DNA of 64,000 nucleotides. Origin: Macrostomum hystrix (lineage: Eukaryota > Animalia > Platyhelminthes). The notes beneath the pieces were generated by a model, which worked only from the letters and a program-made list of their open reading frames with translations, was not told where the DNA came from and searched no databases. This document shows, in pieces, positions 1 through 11,899 of this stretch. The stretch covers positions 6,200,001 to 6,264,000 of the forward strand of contig CATNEN010000029.1 in assembly GCA_950097015.1 (NCBI GenBank). The letters are read 5' to 3'. Made by a program: the position numbers and the translations under genes. How positions within the stretch are numbered: position 1 is the first letter of the stretch; each line of letters starts with the position of its first letter.

Positions 1-11
1 CTTCTGTTTAG

Positions 12-330
12 CCTAACAAGGTATATTCTGATATTGCCGACAGACAGTGCAGTGCGATAAGTGAAATATTATCTGTGTGTGTCCGTTATAAAAAATTTCG
101 GAAAGTGAAAGAAAAACAGTTTTATTAATGATGTAGTTGATTTATTAGTGTTTATTCGGTAATTTGATAATGAAAAATTCTAACACGATGGCATTGCGGC
201 CTTAGCTTTATGCTTTTTATTTCGCTATTAAGCAACGGATTAACACTTATATTCGAGTACAGTATTACTTTTGCGAGCGCTGGCTTCCATTGTGATTTTA
301 ATTTATATGATTGTTAGCGTACTCTGTAAT
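12..330 (+). mobile_element. Possible decayed hAT-type transposase remnant
   Basis: Frame with stops reads YSDIAD...SEILSVCVRY, resembling the SIIADExTD..EQLSxCVRY motif, and later AGFHCDFNL, resembling HCxxHxLNL. Motif resemblance only. Confidence 0.35.
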
Positions 331-639
331 GCTTATGCTATATGGCTTGTGTTAAACCTGAAATCACTTTCGGACGTCATTTTTTTATTATCGAAGTTTT
401 CTATCCGTCAAATTTTATTCTCAAATTAGACTGTATGTACAGTTCTGTCCTGAGATAGGTCTAATAATGTGCTACAGATCCGTCTTAGCAAGTTTTTATT
501 GAAGTTTTTGTTTTTTTATTCTTATTCGCTGGTTCCTATTTTATTTCATACCTGCTTCCTGTCCCTATTGCACTCGCTGCTGCTCTCCTCTGCCCACTTG
601 CTCAATCTCATTTTCGACTTGTCTATCCACTTTCTCACT

Positions 640-1075
640 CTCCCACCACTTCATTTCTCCCCTCCCCTCCACTTCATTTCTCCCCTCTCCCCTCCCCTTT
701 ACTTCATTTCTCCCCTCCCCTCCACTTTATTTCTCCCATCTCCCCTCCATTTCAGTTCTCCCCTCCCCTCTACTTCATTTCTCCCCTCCCCTCCACTTCA
801 TTTCTCCCCTCTCCCCTCCACTCCATTTCTCCCCTCCCCTTTACTTCATTTCTCTCCTCCCCTCCACTTTATTTCTCCCCTCTCCCCTCCACTTCATTTC
901 TCCCCTCCCCTCCACTTCATTTCTCCCCTCTCCCCTCCACTCAATTTCTCCCCTCCCCTTTACTTCATTTCTCTCCTCCCCTCCACTTTATTTCTCCCCT
1001 CTCCCCTCCACTTCATTTCTCCCCTCTCCCCTCCACTTCATTTCTCCCCTCTCCCTCCACTCCATTTTTCCCTTC
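640..1075. repeat. Degenerate C/T-rich minisatellite
   Basis: Recurring ctcccctcccctccacttcatttc variants. Confidence 0.85.
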
Positions 1076-2744
1076 CCTCTCCTTATTTGAATTGTATCTG
1101 CCTCTAATGCTGCTTACCTGTTGTCTCAAGTTTATTGTTGAATAGTTAATGAAAGCATGTAAGCTTAAAACGGTTTTCAGTGATTGATTTTCTGTGTTAA
1201 AGACGAGATTCTTTGTCAGAGTTTAATTCTTTTTGGACCCAGAGGCCAGATAAAATTCGTTTGTTTTTACTCGCTGTCAGTTTGAATCAGATATTAATAT
1301 ACTTGTGTATTGGCTTTTTGTTACAAAGTTATTTCACTTCTTGCAGCACTATATGGCAGGAGGCAGTGTGTTTTGTGTTATAAATTGCATTTGGCACTGG
1401 TAAGGTTGGTACAGAGGGCTAAGAGTTATTCAATTGGTTCTTGCATATGGCTGCTTTTGTGTTCTAAATTTTTTTCCCTTCACACTATCAATTATACAAG
1501 TACTAAATACTCACTATGCTTAAATCTTTAAGATCTGCCTGTTTGACCGCTATTTCAGCCTACAGCCTGACTGCCTGAATGCATTTTTTCAAACTTGCTT
1601 CATTTAATTAGAAATTCTTGTTTTCAAAGTCAAACTTTTTCATCTTTAGAAGAGGCCCTAAACTGCCAGATGGCTGAGTGATTTGGTTTGGTTTGTAAAA
1701 AATGTGCATAGCTTTAACAATAAAGTGATAGACTGTGCATGCTTCAATGCAATTAAAAAGGCAGTTGCATTGTTCGGACCTGGATCTAGGCTAAACTGCG
1801 TTGACTCGAGTTCGAATCTTCATGAACTATTCATAAAATAACTTGGAATAATTTTTGCAGTTTGTTTATAAATCCTTCTCTGAGAACAGTGATTTTTATC
1901 TAAAGAATGAAATTAAAAAGTTTTCTAATTTATTCCGATAGAAAACAAAATATGTTTTGCTAGCTTTGTTAGCAAATTGTTTATCGAGTTAAAAGCATGA
2001 GGATAGCATAATTTATCGAGGATTTCTGCTAAGACTGTTTATTTGTTTGTTTTATTTTTGGCGGGAAATTATTAGCCATTGGTTGCCTGCTAGGGGAAAT
2101 TGGTTGCCTGCTAGGGGAAATTGGTTGCCTACCGAAGGACATTGGTTCTCTGTTATAGGGTTACATTTTTATCTGCTAAATGGTGCTTGGTTGCTTGCTT
2201 GGTTGGCTGGTGGGGGGCCATCGTTCACAGCTAATAGGGGACATTTTTTCTTCTAAAAAAAGAGCATTATTTCGCTGCTATAGGGGGGGCATGCCTGCTG
2301 GGGGAAATACATTGGTTATCTGTTGCAGGTGGAGATCTCTGCTGCTTAAGGGGCATTTTTCGTCTGCTATCAGTGTTAGCCTATGCCTGTTACAGATGAA
2401 GAAGCTTATGTCTGGGCCACCTGGCGGATGTTAGAGCTGTTCTGAAATCTAATTTTTATCTCCTTTAGCATCAAATAAAAGATCTGTAAAAATATGCAGC
2501 TACATCTTTTTACAGCGGCATTGTTAACTGCAGACAGGCTCCAGACTGGATTGTAAATTATAATATAGAAGGAGGGTAGCGTACCTGAAGTGCTACCTAC
2601 CCTTAGTGTCTGCCAAGTATTGTAAGCTGCTGGGTGGTTATGCCAAATCTCTTGCTTTTAGTTTTGTTCTAGAACTATCAGGATTCTAGAAATTGTTCTC
2701 TGGCGCATCTTTCATGGGATCCTATATTATGAATCCTTCAAGAA

Positions 2745-2870
2745 TGGGATGAGAATGTTCCTTTCAAATGGGATAGGAATGTTCCTTTAAAATGGGATAG
2801 GAATGTTTCTTTAAAATGGGATAGAATTGTTCCTTTAAAATGGGATAGGAATGTTTCTTTAAAATGGGAT
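2745..2870. repeat. 24-bp repeat, about 5 copies (atgggataggaatgttcctttaaa)
   Basis: Direct reading. Confidence 0.85.
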
Positions 2871-2901
2871 TAGACTGTTCATTCAGAGTAGGATGGATGG
2901 A

Positions 2902-3812
2902 GGTTTCAGTCTAGGATGGGACATTGGTTTCAGTCTAGGATCGGACATTGGTTTCAGTCAAGGATGGGACATTGGTTTCAGTCAAGGATGGGACATTGGT
3001 TTCAGTCTAGGATGGGACATTGGTTTCAGTCTAGGATCGGACATTGGTTTCAGTCTAGGATGGGACATTGGTTTCAGTCTAGGATGGGACATTGGTTTCA
3101 GTCTAGGATCGGACATTGGTTTCAGTCAAGGATGGGACATTGGTTTCAGTCTAGGATGGGACATTGGTTTCAGTCAAGGATGGGACATTGGTTTCAGTCA
3201 AGGATGGGACATTGGTTTCAGTCTAGGATGGGACATTGGTTTCAGTCTAGGATGGGACATTGGTTTCAGTCTAGGATGGGACATTGGTTTCAGTCAAGGA
3301 TGGGACATTGGTTTCAGTCTAGGATGGGACATTGGTTTCAGTCTAGGATGGGACATTGGTTTCAGTCTAGGATGGGACATTGGTTTCAGTCTAGGATGGG
3401 ACATTGGTTTCAGTCTAGGATGGGACATTGGTTTCAGTCTAGGATGGGACATTGGTTTCAGTCTAGGATGGGACATTGGTTTCAGTCTAGGATGGGACAT
3501 TGGTTTCAGTCTAGGATGGGACATTGGTTTCAGTCTAGGATGGGACATTGGTTTCAGTCTAGGATGGGACATTGGTTTCAGTCTAGGATGGGACATTGGT
3601 TTCAGTCAAGGATGGGACATTGGTTTCAGTCAAGGATGGGACATTGGTTTCAGTCTAGGATGGGACATTGGTTTCAGTCTAGGATGGGACATTGGTTTCA
3701 GTCTAGGATGGGACATTGGTTTCAGTCTAGGATGGGACATTGGTTTCAGTCTAGGATGGGACATTGGTTTCAGTCTAGGATGGGACATTGGTTTCAGTCT
3801 AGGATGGGACAT
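2902..3812. repeat. 24-bp array, about 38 copies (atgggacattggtttcagtctagg)
   Basis: Near-perfect tandem array ending about 55 nt before the MMACHC acceptor. Confidence 0.97.
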
Positions 3813-3866
3813 AGGTTTCAATCTGGGATGGAACCAACAAATTGCGCAACCCTCTGCTGAACGCAG

Positions 3867-4323
3867 GCGTCCATTCCGGGCCTCTCTGAAGTTCAACGCC
3901 ATCTCGGCGAGTCGGGATTCGAGTGTCGGCCCTTCCTGATTGGCTGGTACAACGAGCTGGTTGAGCCGATTTTTCGCCTTGGCAACGACCTGCCCGCTGA
4001 CACCGTCGCCCTGTGCGTGCTAAGCGGTCCAGACATGTTCGAGCTGTGCCTGCTGCCCCACCTGGCTGCGACTTGGGCGGACGGTGACGGCGAGGGCGAC
4101 TGCAGCACCGGTCGGGACCCGATCGACACCGCCTGCGCCACGGCGATCCAGTCCGCGCTGGACTGCATGAACTGCCGGGCCCAGATAATATTCGACTACG
4201 ATCTGCAACCGGCTAGCAGGGCGCCACGCGTGCTTGTGCAAACCGCCGGTCACGTGAGCGGCTGCGCCCACTTCTATCCGCGCAGGCGGGACACTCAAGA
4301 CGGTGGGGATCGACTGCTGTACG
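3867..4323 (+). CDS. MMACHC: MMACHC/CblC cobalamin-processing enzyme, first genomic coding exon (start codon not encoded here)
   Basis: Frame after acceptor ...ctgaacgcag|GCG reads ASIPGLSEVQRHLGESGFECRPFLIGWYNELVEPIF...LSGPDMFE...DPID...FDYD...PRVLVQTAGHVSGCAHFY. This matches human MMACHC motifs as I recall them (GFEVYPFQVAWYNELL, DPVD, ADYE, ILAQTAAHVAGAAYYY). Ends at phase-1 donor G|gtgagc (4324). Confidence 0.93.
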
Positions 4324-4376
4324 GTGAGCGCTCCTTAATCTATCTATGCCTTTATCCTTTAATTAACCTGTTCTAA

Positions 4377-4760
4377 CCCTTGACGCACCACTATCTTCTC
4401 ACCTTGACCCACCAATATCTTCTCACCTTGACCCAACACTCTTCACCCTTGACCCAACACTATCTTCGCACCTTGACCCACCACTATCTTCCCACCTTGA
4501 CCCACCACTATCTTCCCACCTTGACCCACCAATATGTTCCCACCTTGACCCAACACTCTTCACCCTTGACCCAACACTATCTTCGCACCTTGACCTAACA
4601 ATGCCTTCCCACCTTGACCCATCACTATCTTCGCACCTTGACCTAACAATGCCTTCCCACCTTGACCCATCACTATCTTCCCACATTGATCCACCACTAT
4701 CTTCACACCTTTACCCACCACTATCTTCACCCTTGACTCGCCTTGATTCCACCTTTGACC
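4377..4760. repeat. About 22-bp array filling the MMACHC intron
   Basis: ccttgacccaccactatcttc variants. Confidence 0.9.
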
Positions 4761-4846
4761 CACTATTCTGCTTCATTCGTGACCCACTGCCATTAGAATT
4801 TCTAGCAGTCGGGCTTATCGTAATTAACCGTTTCCTCCCCTTCAAG

Positions 4847-5193
4847 GCGCCTCTCTGCACCCGGTGCACGGCGGCTGGTTCGGCTTTCGCGCTGTTGCCG
4901 TCCTGTCCAACCTCCGCCTACCCGACCTACCGCGCCCGTCGGATGTCGACCCGCTAGCCGGCCGGCCGGACCTCGAATTGGACTTTCTGCGAAAATTCAA
5001 TGGCAACTGGCGCGACAATCTGTGGCGAGACTGCCTGCCGACTGGCCGGCCTGACCGCATCTATGCCCCGGAGTTCATCGAGTACCTCAACACCAAACCG
5101 GCTGACCGGCCTAATCTGGTGCAGCGGTGGCGCGATGAGGGACGCCTCTCGGCTCGTCAACAGGAACAATCGGCTGTCGGCTCCGCTGCGTAG
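4847..5193 (+). CDS. MMACHC: MMACHC/CblC, last exon
   Basis: Acceptor ttcaag|GC (phase 1) gives YG-ASLHPVHGGWFGFRAV...NWRDNLWRD...NTKPADRP, matching HPRFGGWFAIRGV / HWRDWTYRD / STPPAQR. Stop TAG ends at 5193. Confidence 0.95.
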
Positions 5194-5284
5194 TTTTTTT
5201 GGGGACCCTCACGTAGTATCAGGGATTCTGCGTACTATCGTGATTTTTTCAATTGGTCCTAAAAAAAGATCTCCTAGCAAAGGA

Positions 5285-5445
5285 GGGATTCCCCTATGTA
5301 CAATCTGGGATTCCTTATGTACAATCACGGATTCCGAATGTACAACCAGGATTCCCCTATGTACAATCTGGAATTCCCATATGTACAATCTGGCATTCCC
5401 ATATGTACAATCTGGCATTCCCTTATGTACAATCAGGATTCCCCT
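5285..5445. repeat. 21-bp array (ggattcccctatgtacaatct) 3' of MMACHC
   Basis: About 7 copies, each with a TGTACA palindrome. Confidence 0.85.
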
Positions 5446-6276
5446 ATGCGCTGTAAATCCAAAACTGCACTGCAATACGGAATTCCCAAACGGATACGAG
5501 TATTACCCTTAAAGATTATATTTTTGTGGGCATTTAATGTGTGGTACCGAGGCGTTCATGAAATGCCAATTTTTCTAAGAGCTAAACTTGACTTTAAAGT
5601 AATGATCTCAGGTAAAATATTCTCCCAAGACGGGATTCAGAAAACTGATGTTTGATTTCTGAAACTAATTGACAAACAATTCGATTTTAACATTTTCAAA
5701 CTGTCAGCAACTTGTCATTCTAGATTCCTTCTGCTCGTACTAACCAGTTGATATAATTTTATCTCAGTGTATAGAATAGCGAGCAATTATTCTTCAATCT
5801 AGTGCCAATCTATTATTACCAAATAATGTTTTTTCTTATAAATCGATCCAAAATTTCAAAGCCTGCTTTTAGTTTCTGCACAGATGTATCGTTAATTTAG
5901 AATTTTTTCTATTGCATTGCATTAATCTTCGTCAGCTTCAGCACTTGTACTTTTCGTCAAGCAACCGTTTGCCTACAATCATCGGGCCATTGCAGTCTCT
6001 CTCTCTAAAACCTCCATTTTCCATCACGCCTTCTCTTAACTGCTCTCAGCTGGTTGAGTTTCCTGCCTTCCTCCTCTTATCCCTTCTCCGTGTAGCCATC
6101 AGCTTCGACAGCTTTTTTAGTCTGCAGAATTTGGGCCCAAATGCTAATCTAAAAATTTCATTATTTCGTTTCCTTGTTTTCGGACTAGGAAAGCTTAGAA
6201 ACCGAGCAGGAGGTCCGAAAACTAGTCCCCTATGCATATCTGGCTTGCCCCTGACACCAAGACCCGAGACCATTTG

Positions 6277-6641
6277 CTTCAGGTCTGCTCATTGCTACCG
6301 TTGCACTTCAGGTGTGCTCATTGCTACCTTTGCACTTCAGGTGTGCTCATTGCTACCGTTGCACTTCAGGTGTGCTCATTGCTACCGTTGCACTTCAGGT
6401 GTGCTCATTGCTACCTTTGCACTTCAGGTGTGCTCATTGCTACCGTTGTACTTCAGGTGTGCTCATTGCTACCGTTGCACTTCAGGTGTGCTCATTGCTA
6501 CCGTTGCACTTCAGGTGTGCTCATTGCTACCGTTGCACTTCAGGTGTGCTCATTGCTACCGTTGCACTTCAGATGTGCTCATTGCTACCGTTGCACTTCA
6601 GGTGTGCTCATTGCTACCGTTGCACTTCAGGTGTGCTCATT
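6277..6641. repeat. 29-bp array (gcacttcaggtgtgctcattgctaccgtt)
   Basis: About 12 copies. Confidence 0.95.
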
Positions 6642-6799
6642 GGGCCTGCTGCCGTTGTATTTGAGACTCTTGTAATCTTTCTGGGCGACTTTTAGCTTGC
6701 AGAATTTTCATGCTAATCTTTTCTGTAATCAGCTAATTTTCCTTATTAAGCTAGTTATTTGGTTGTAACCTAATAACCAATGTAGCCAATGTAGCCAAA

Positions 6800-7105
6800 G
6801 AGGTTGTAGCCTAGTGGTTAGGGCGTCGGACTCACGACTTGAAGGTCGGGGGTTCGATTCCCGATTCCACTGAAACAATTTGTGTCCTTTAGCAAGACAC
6901 TTAACTCTGCATTGCTTCAGTTCACCCAGCTGTTAAATGGGTACCAGCATTAGCTGGGATAATTGAAGGTGGGTGTGGCGTCCCCCCAGTCCATGGACTG
7001 AACAGATGTACCCAGTCTTCAGATGCGCCGCGCAATAGCTGCGGCTGTGCTGTCGGCTGCACATCTGGCCCTATTGGGGCAGGTGTAATCAATTATTATT
7101 ATATT
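6800..7105 (+). mobile_element. tRNA-derived SINE, apparently full length
   Basis: A-box tagcctagtgg and B-box ggttcgattcc, then body gtgtcctttagcaagacacttaac...cacccagctgttaaatgggtacc and a (tta)-like tail. Further copies occur in the window. Confidence 0.8.
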
Positions 7106-8250
7106 AGTTATTTGCTTTTCAACCTTTTCCTAGGCTTTTGTTTGCTAGTGTTTGATATATGTGATTATTTTTTAGTCTTTGTTAAAATTCTTAAAATATT
7201 GCTTTAGATGTTCTTTGCTGCAAGTTTTTATTTGAGTTTCTCAATTTACCAATATATTGACTTCAGAGAAACTGTCTAACGCCGGCTTCGCTTATTTAGA
7301 AGATACAATAGAGTTTTCATCTCTAAAAGTCTGAGAGGTAAGAGCTATGTTGTAACATAATTTTTGTGCCTCCGAGTTATAAACGGCGCCAGTCGTTGCA
7401 CGCTCCTATCGCTATTTTATCTAGCCAAGGTCAATCGATGTCAGCTGGATAGGGAATTACGATCGGGTTTCTTTCACTGCGCTGCTAGTTTATGCTCACC
7501 GAGAAGTTAAGGTCAGCTTATCACGCGATGCTTGCGTGACAGAATCTCCGTTGCATCACACAATTAAAATTAAGAATCGGTGTGGCCTCGTTACTGTGTG
7601 GAAAGCTATAATTAGAATCAATCAAGAGGGATAAGACGGCCAAATTAGGCTATTTTCTGACTAGCTGTTCCTGCGGATTGTTTTCAAATAGTAAGAAGAT
7701 CTGATGGGCTGATACGCGATTGTTGATGTCTCATTGTGTCACGCTTGCCTGAGCTGGAAGATGCGTCTTGCTCAACTGGAAGCATTTTGTCTTGCTTCTC
7801 TTCGCTCATTGTCTGGGGGGCTAAAAAGGATCTGACAACGGATGATTTATGGTTTATGGTTTATGGCCTCGTCAATAACGAACAGACATCGTCTTGCTGG
7901 GTTAACAATTCAATGCATTCAGTCCAGCGCATTTTGAAGGCCTACTGCATGACTTTGCTCTACTAGTCCATACTGGTGCACGCAAATTGCTCGGACCACT
8001 AGCTTGCACTTGTTGTTGTCGACGAAGACTGATGAAATGCGCGCACGAAATCGATCCATTATTTCCTCGGCTGAATCCGATGCGCAATTAGTAATGGATC
8101 TTTTATTTCCTTCTGAATTTTCCCTCCGCTGTCCAGATTTTTTAGAAAGTAGCATCTCGTGCCGAGCTCGAAATGCAAGGCTACTAGACACGTGATGGTT
8201 ATGAGTTAAAAGACTACAGAGTTATTTTCTTTAACACAATTCATTACGTG

Positions 8251-8553
8251 GTGTTTGCGGGCCAGAGAAAGACAATGCATTTTTTCATCACGTGACTTTT
8301 CCAAGGTCATCACTCACTTGATGTTTGCGGGCCAGAGAAAGACAATGCATTTTTTCATCACATGACTTTTCCAAGGTCATCACTCACTTGATGTTTGCGG
8401 GCCAGAGAAAGGCAATGCATTTTTTCATCACGTGACTTTTCCAAGGTCATGACTCACTTGATGTTTGCGGGCCAGAGAAAGACAATGCATTTTTTCATCA
8501 CGTGACTTTTCCAAGGTCATCACTCACTTGATGTTTGCGGGCCAGAGAAAGAC
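8251..8553. repeat. 70-bp tandem repeat, about 4.3 copies
   Basis: tgtttgcgggccagagaaag recurs at 70-bp steps (8252, 8322, 8392, 8462, 8532). Confidence 0.95.
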
Positions 8554-9029
8554 ACTACCCTCCCAGATAGTGTTTGGGATAGAATCCCAAATCCTGCTTC
8601 ACATTTGGCTTGGATCCCAGCCTGCCCGGGGGCTGTCAGAAAGTTCATTTCGAGTAATTTTATTCATCACGCAACAGGCTATTATAATGTGAAACTTCCT
8701 GTGCGCTGCGGCGAAGCGAAACTTCGCTTTTGATTGACAACAATGCTTTAGCATTTGAACTCTAACGGAACTGGCCTTGGACCCATCTCCCGTATCACAA
8801 TCATCTGGTGATGAATGATAGATTGATGTCAAAGCTTCCGGGAAAACATTTGAAACACATCTGTAAGGGACATGAGAAATGGACAAAAAACTGCTCGTCT
8901 ATCAAGCGTCGATTTTCCCTAGCTCCACTGCCAAATAAACTCAAACAGCGTTAGTTAAGCTCCTGTTTTGTACTTTTGCCAGAATTTGAAATTTTTTTAT
9001 TAATTTGCGTACTGCGAATTCCGCCACCA

Positions 9030-9605
9030 GTAGAATAGCACCCACCCCTTCCTCCAGTCGGTTGAATCACACCACCCCTCTTTCAGTCGGTGTAATGACA
9101 CCCATCCCTTCTCCAGTTGGTTGAATCACACCCAACCCTCCTCCAGTCGGTTGAATCACACCACCCCCTCCTCCAGTCGGTTGAATCACACCACCCCCTC
9201 CTCCAGTCGGCGGAATGACACCCACCCATCCTCCAGTCGGCGGAATGACACCCATCCATTCTCCAGTTGGTTGAATCACACCCACCCCTCCTCCAGTCGG
9301 TTGAATCACACCACCCCCTCCTCCAGTCGGCGGAATGACACCCACCCATCCTCCAGTCGGCAGAATCACACCCATCCCTCCTCCAGTCGGCGGAATGACA
9401 CCCATCCATTCTCCAGTTGGTTGAATCACACCCACCCCTCCTCCAGTCGGTTGAATCACACCACCCCCTCCTCCAGTCGGCGGAATGACACCCACCCATC
9501 CTCCAGTCGGCAGAATCACACCATCCCTCTTCCAGTCGGCGGAATGACACCCATCCCTTCTCCAGTTGGTTGAATCACACCCACCCCTCCTCCAGTCGGT
9601 GAAAT
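9030..9605. repeat. 30-bp array (ctccagtcggttgaatcacaccacccc..)
   Basis: About 19 variant copies. Confidence 0.93.
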
Positions 9606-10447
9606 AACACTGACGCAATCTCCAGTGATTAAAATGACGTCCACATCTGCGGTTTAATTGCAAGGAAGTTTATCAATTCTAACGCGAAATGACGAGGGTC
9701 GAACCCTGGAGGCCTGGGCAGAAGAAGAAATTTCTTTTCTTTTTCTATTTTGCCTCGGTTCGTGAGATACTAGTTGCTCTTCGACTAATAATGCAGTCGG
9801 AGTCATAGCGGTTTGAGCACGAATCAGCAACCTGCTCAACTCTTTTGTGAGCACCAATTTCAATACTCCTATCCAATCTATTCTTCTGAATTAATTCAGA
9901 TTGAACGGCGTGTGCGTCAGTCAGTTTGGTCATCTAAGCAGATGCAAGATATCAAAAGAGTAGCTCTTCCCTACGAGATTATCTAGTATTAGTTTTTATA
10001 TCAGAATTTTCTATTTAATTATACTAATGCAAGGTGACCCTATGGGTTACAAATAACAACAGTGTGCTAGATTTTAGTGAAAGTCGATGTTTTACTAGTC
10101 GAGGCAGAGTAAACTTATGACTTGATGAGTTTTTGTCTTGTTTCCGCTTGCTCTGGAATTTTATTCTGTGAGAAGAATGTTTATGTACGAACACTTTTTT
10201 CAACCAAAACAGTTGTTTCTAACCGATTCTCATGCGCAGAACAACGGACGGTTAAAAAAGCAAAACCTGTTGTTGACAAGCTAAAATTCCAATAAAAAGT
10301 GATTAAATTTATGAAAATTACGAAGTGCATCGTCACATATTTACAGACTTATAGGACTTGACTTGCATCCGATGTATGCCCGAAAGTGAATCTGCAGGAA
10401 GTGAATAGGTACTTAGGACTGGATTTTCATGCGTTACAGCCATTTTT

Positions 10448-11312
10448 TACAGGTGTTTTAAGGCAGGATTTACAGGTGTTTTAAGGCAGGATTTACAGGT
10501 GTAAAAAGGCAGGATTTACAGGTGCTGAAAGGCAGGATTTACAGGTGTTTTAAGGCAGGATTTACAGGTGTTTTAAGGCAGGATTTACATGTGTTTTAAG
10601 GCAGGATTTACAGGTGTTTTAAGGCAGGATTTACAGGTGTAAAAAGGCAGGATTTACATGTGTTTTAAGGCAGGATTTACAGGTGTTTTAAGGCAGGATT
10701 TACAGGTGTAAAAAGGCAGGATTTACATATGTTAAAGGCAGGATTTACAGGTGTTTTATGGCAGGATTTACAGGTGTTTTAAGGCTGGATTAACAGGTGT
10801 TTTAAGGCAGGATTTACAGGTGTTGTAAGGCAGGATTTACAGGTATTTTAAGGCTGGATTAAAAGGTGTTTTAAAGCAGGATTTACAGGTGTTTTAAGGC
10901 TGGATTAACTGGTGTTTTAAGGCTGGATTAACAGGTGTTGTAAGGCAGGATTTACAGGTGTTTTAAGGCTGGATTAACAGGTGTTTTAAGGCAGGATTTA
11001 CAGGTGTTGTAAGGCAGGATTTACAGGTATTTTAAGGCTGGATTAAAAGGTGTTTTAAAGCAGGATTTACAGGTGTTTTAAGGCTGGATTAACAGGTGTT
11101 TTAAGGCAGGATTTACAGGTGTTGTAAGGCAGGATTTACAGGTGTTTTAAGGCTGGATTAACAGGTGTTTTAAGGCAGGATTTACAGGTGTTTTAAGGCT
11201 GGATTAACAGGTGTTTTAAGGCAGGATTTACAGGTGTTGTAATGCAGGATTTACAGGTATTTTAAGGCTGGATTAACAGGTGTTTTAAGGCAGGATTTAC
11301 AGGTGTTTTAAG
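10448..11312. repeat. 23-bp array (caggtgttttaaggcaggattta)
   Basis: About 37 copies. Confidence 0.95.
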
Positions 11313-11899
11313 ACTAAACTTACTTGTGTTTGTAAGATTTATTTGCAGGTCAAATCAACGATCAAATGCACAGGTATTAAAATACTACAGTTACTCGTAC
11401 AAGTCTTCTAGTACCGAATTTACCGACGTTTTATGGCTTGAATTACAGGTATTTTAAGACAGTATTACGGATGTTTCAACTGCCGATTCCCACTTGATTT
11501 AAAGCCAGATAGACGTGCATTTCAAAGTGGATTTCTAGACATCTCTGACACGCTTTGTCGCCATTAGATTTTTGTCATAATTGCATAGCTAGACTTTGGC
11601 ATTCTCTCCCAAGGTAGGTACGAGTACTACGTTAGTACAGATTAAAGTGGCGCCGACTCTAGAGCACTGGGTATCGAATTGCTGTAGCTTTGCCATTAGT
11701 CCTGTGTCAGATGACTGGCTACACATTTCTAGACAATAGTTCTTTTAGCTTTGGATTTCCCCTAACAAGCCTGTCTCCCATTGTTAGTTGCCCAGAAAGA
11801 GAAAAGGAGTTATAGTCTTCCTTCCAGCTTTAGATAGCGAACGAACTGTGTAAAGCAGCTAGATGGAGGGAAGTGAAATGAAGAGGGATAAAAAAGCTA

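Larger units (their letters stand above)
7380..9900 (-). mobile_element. Possible heavily decayed non-LTR retrotransposon (EN + RT) broken by two tandem arrays
   Basis: On the minus strand, in the expected order: DKLP..VDVILITGD (APE-like), then FVDNN...AGLNALN*PSKT (RT FADD/GLxxNxxKT-like), then DINNRV. Frameshifted and weak. Confidence 0.3.

Noticed and set aside
3858-3860. Selenocysteine TGA in MMACHC
   Set aside because: A clean 3' splice site lies between the TGA and the conserved sequence, and I could not see a SECIS-like structure after 5193.
6800-6872. Genuine tRNA gene
   Set aside because: The head continues into a shared repeated body and tail, lacks a proper acceptor stem, and recurs as truncated copies, so it is a SINE.
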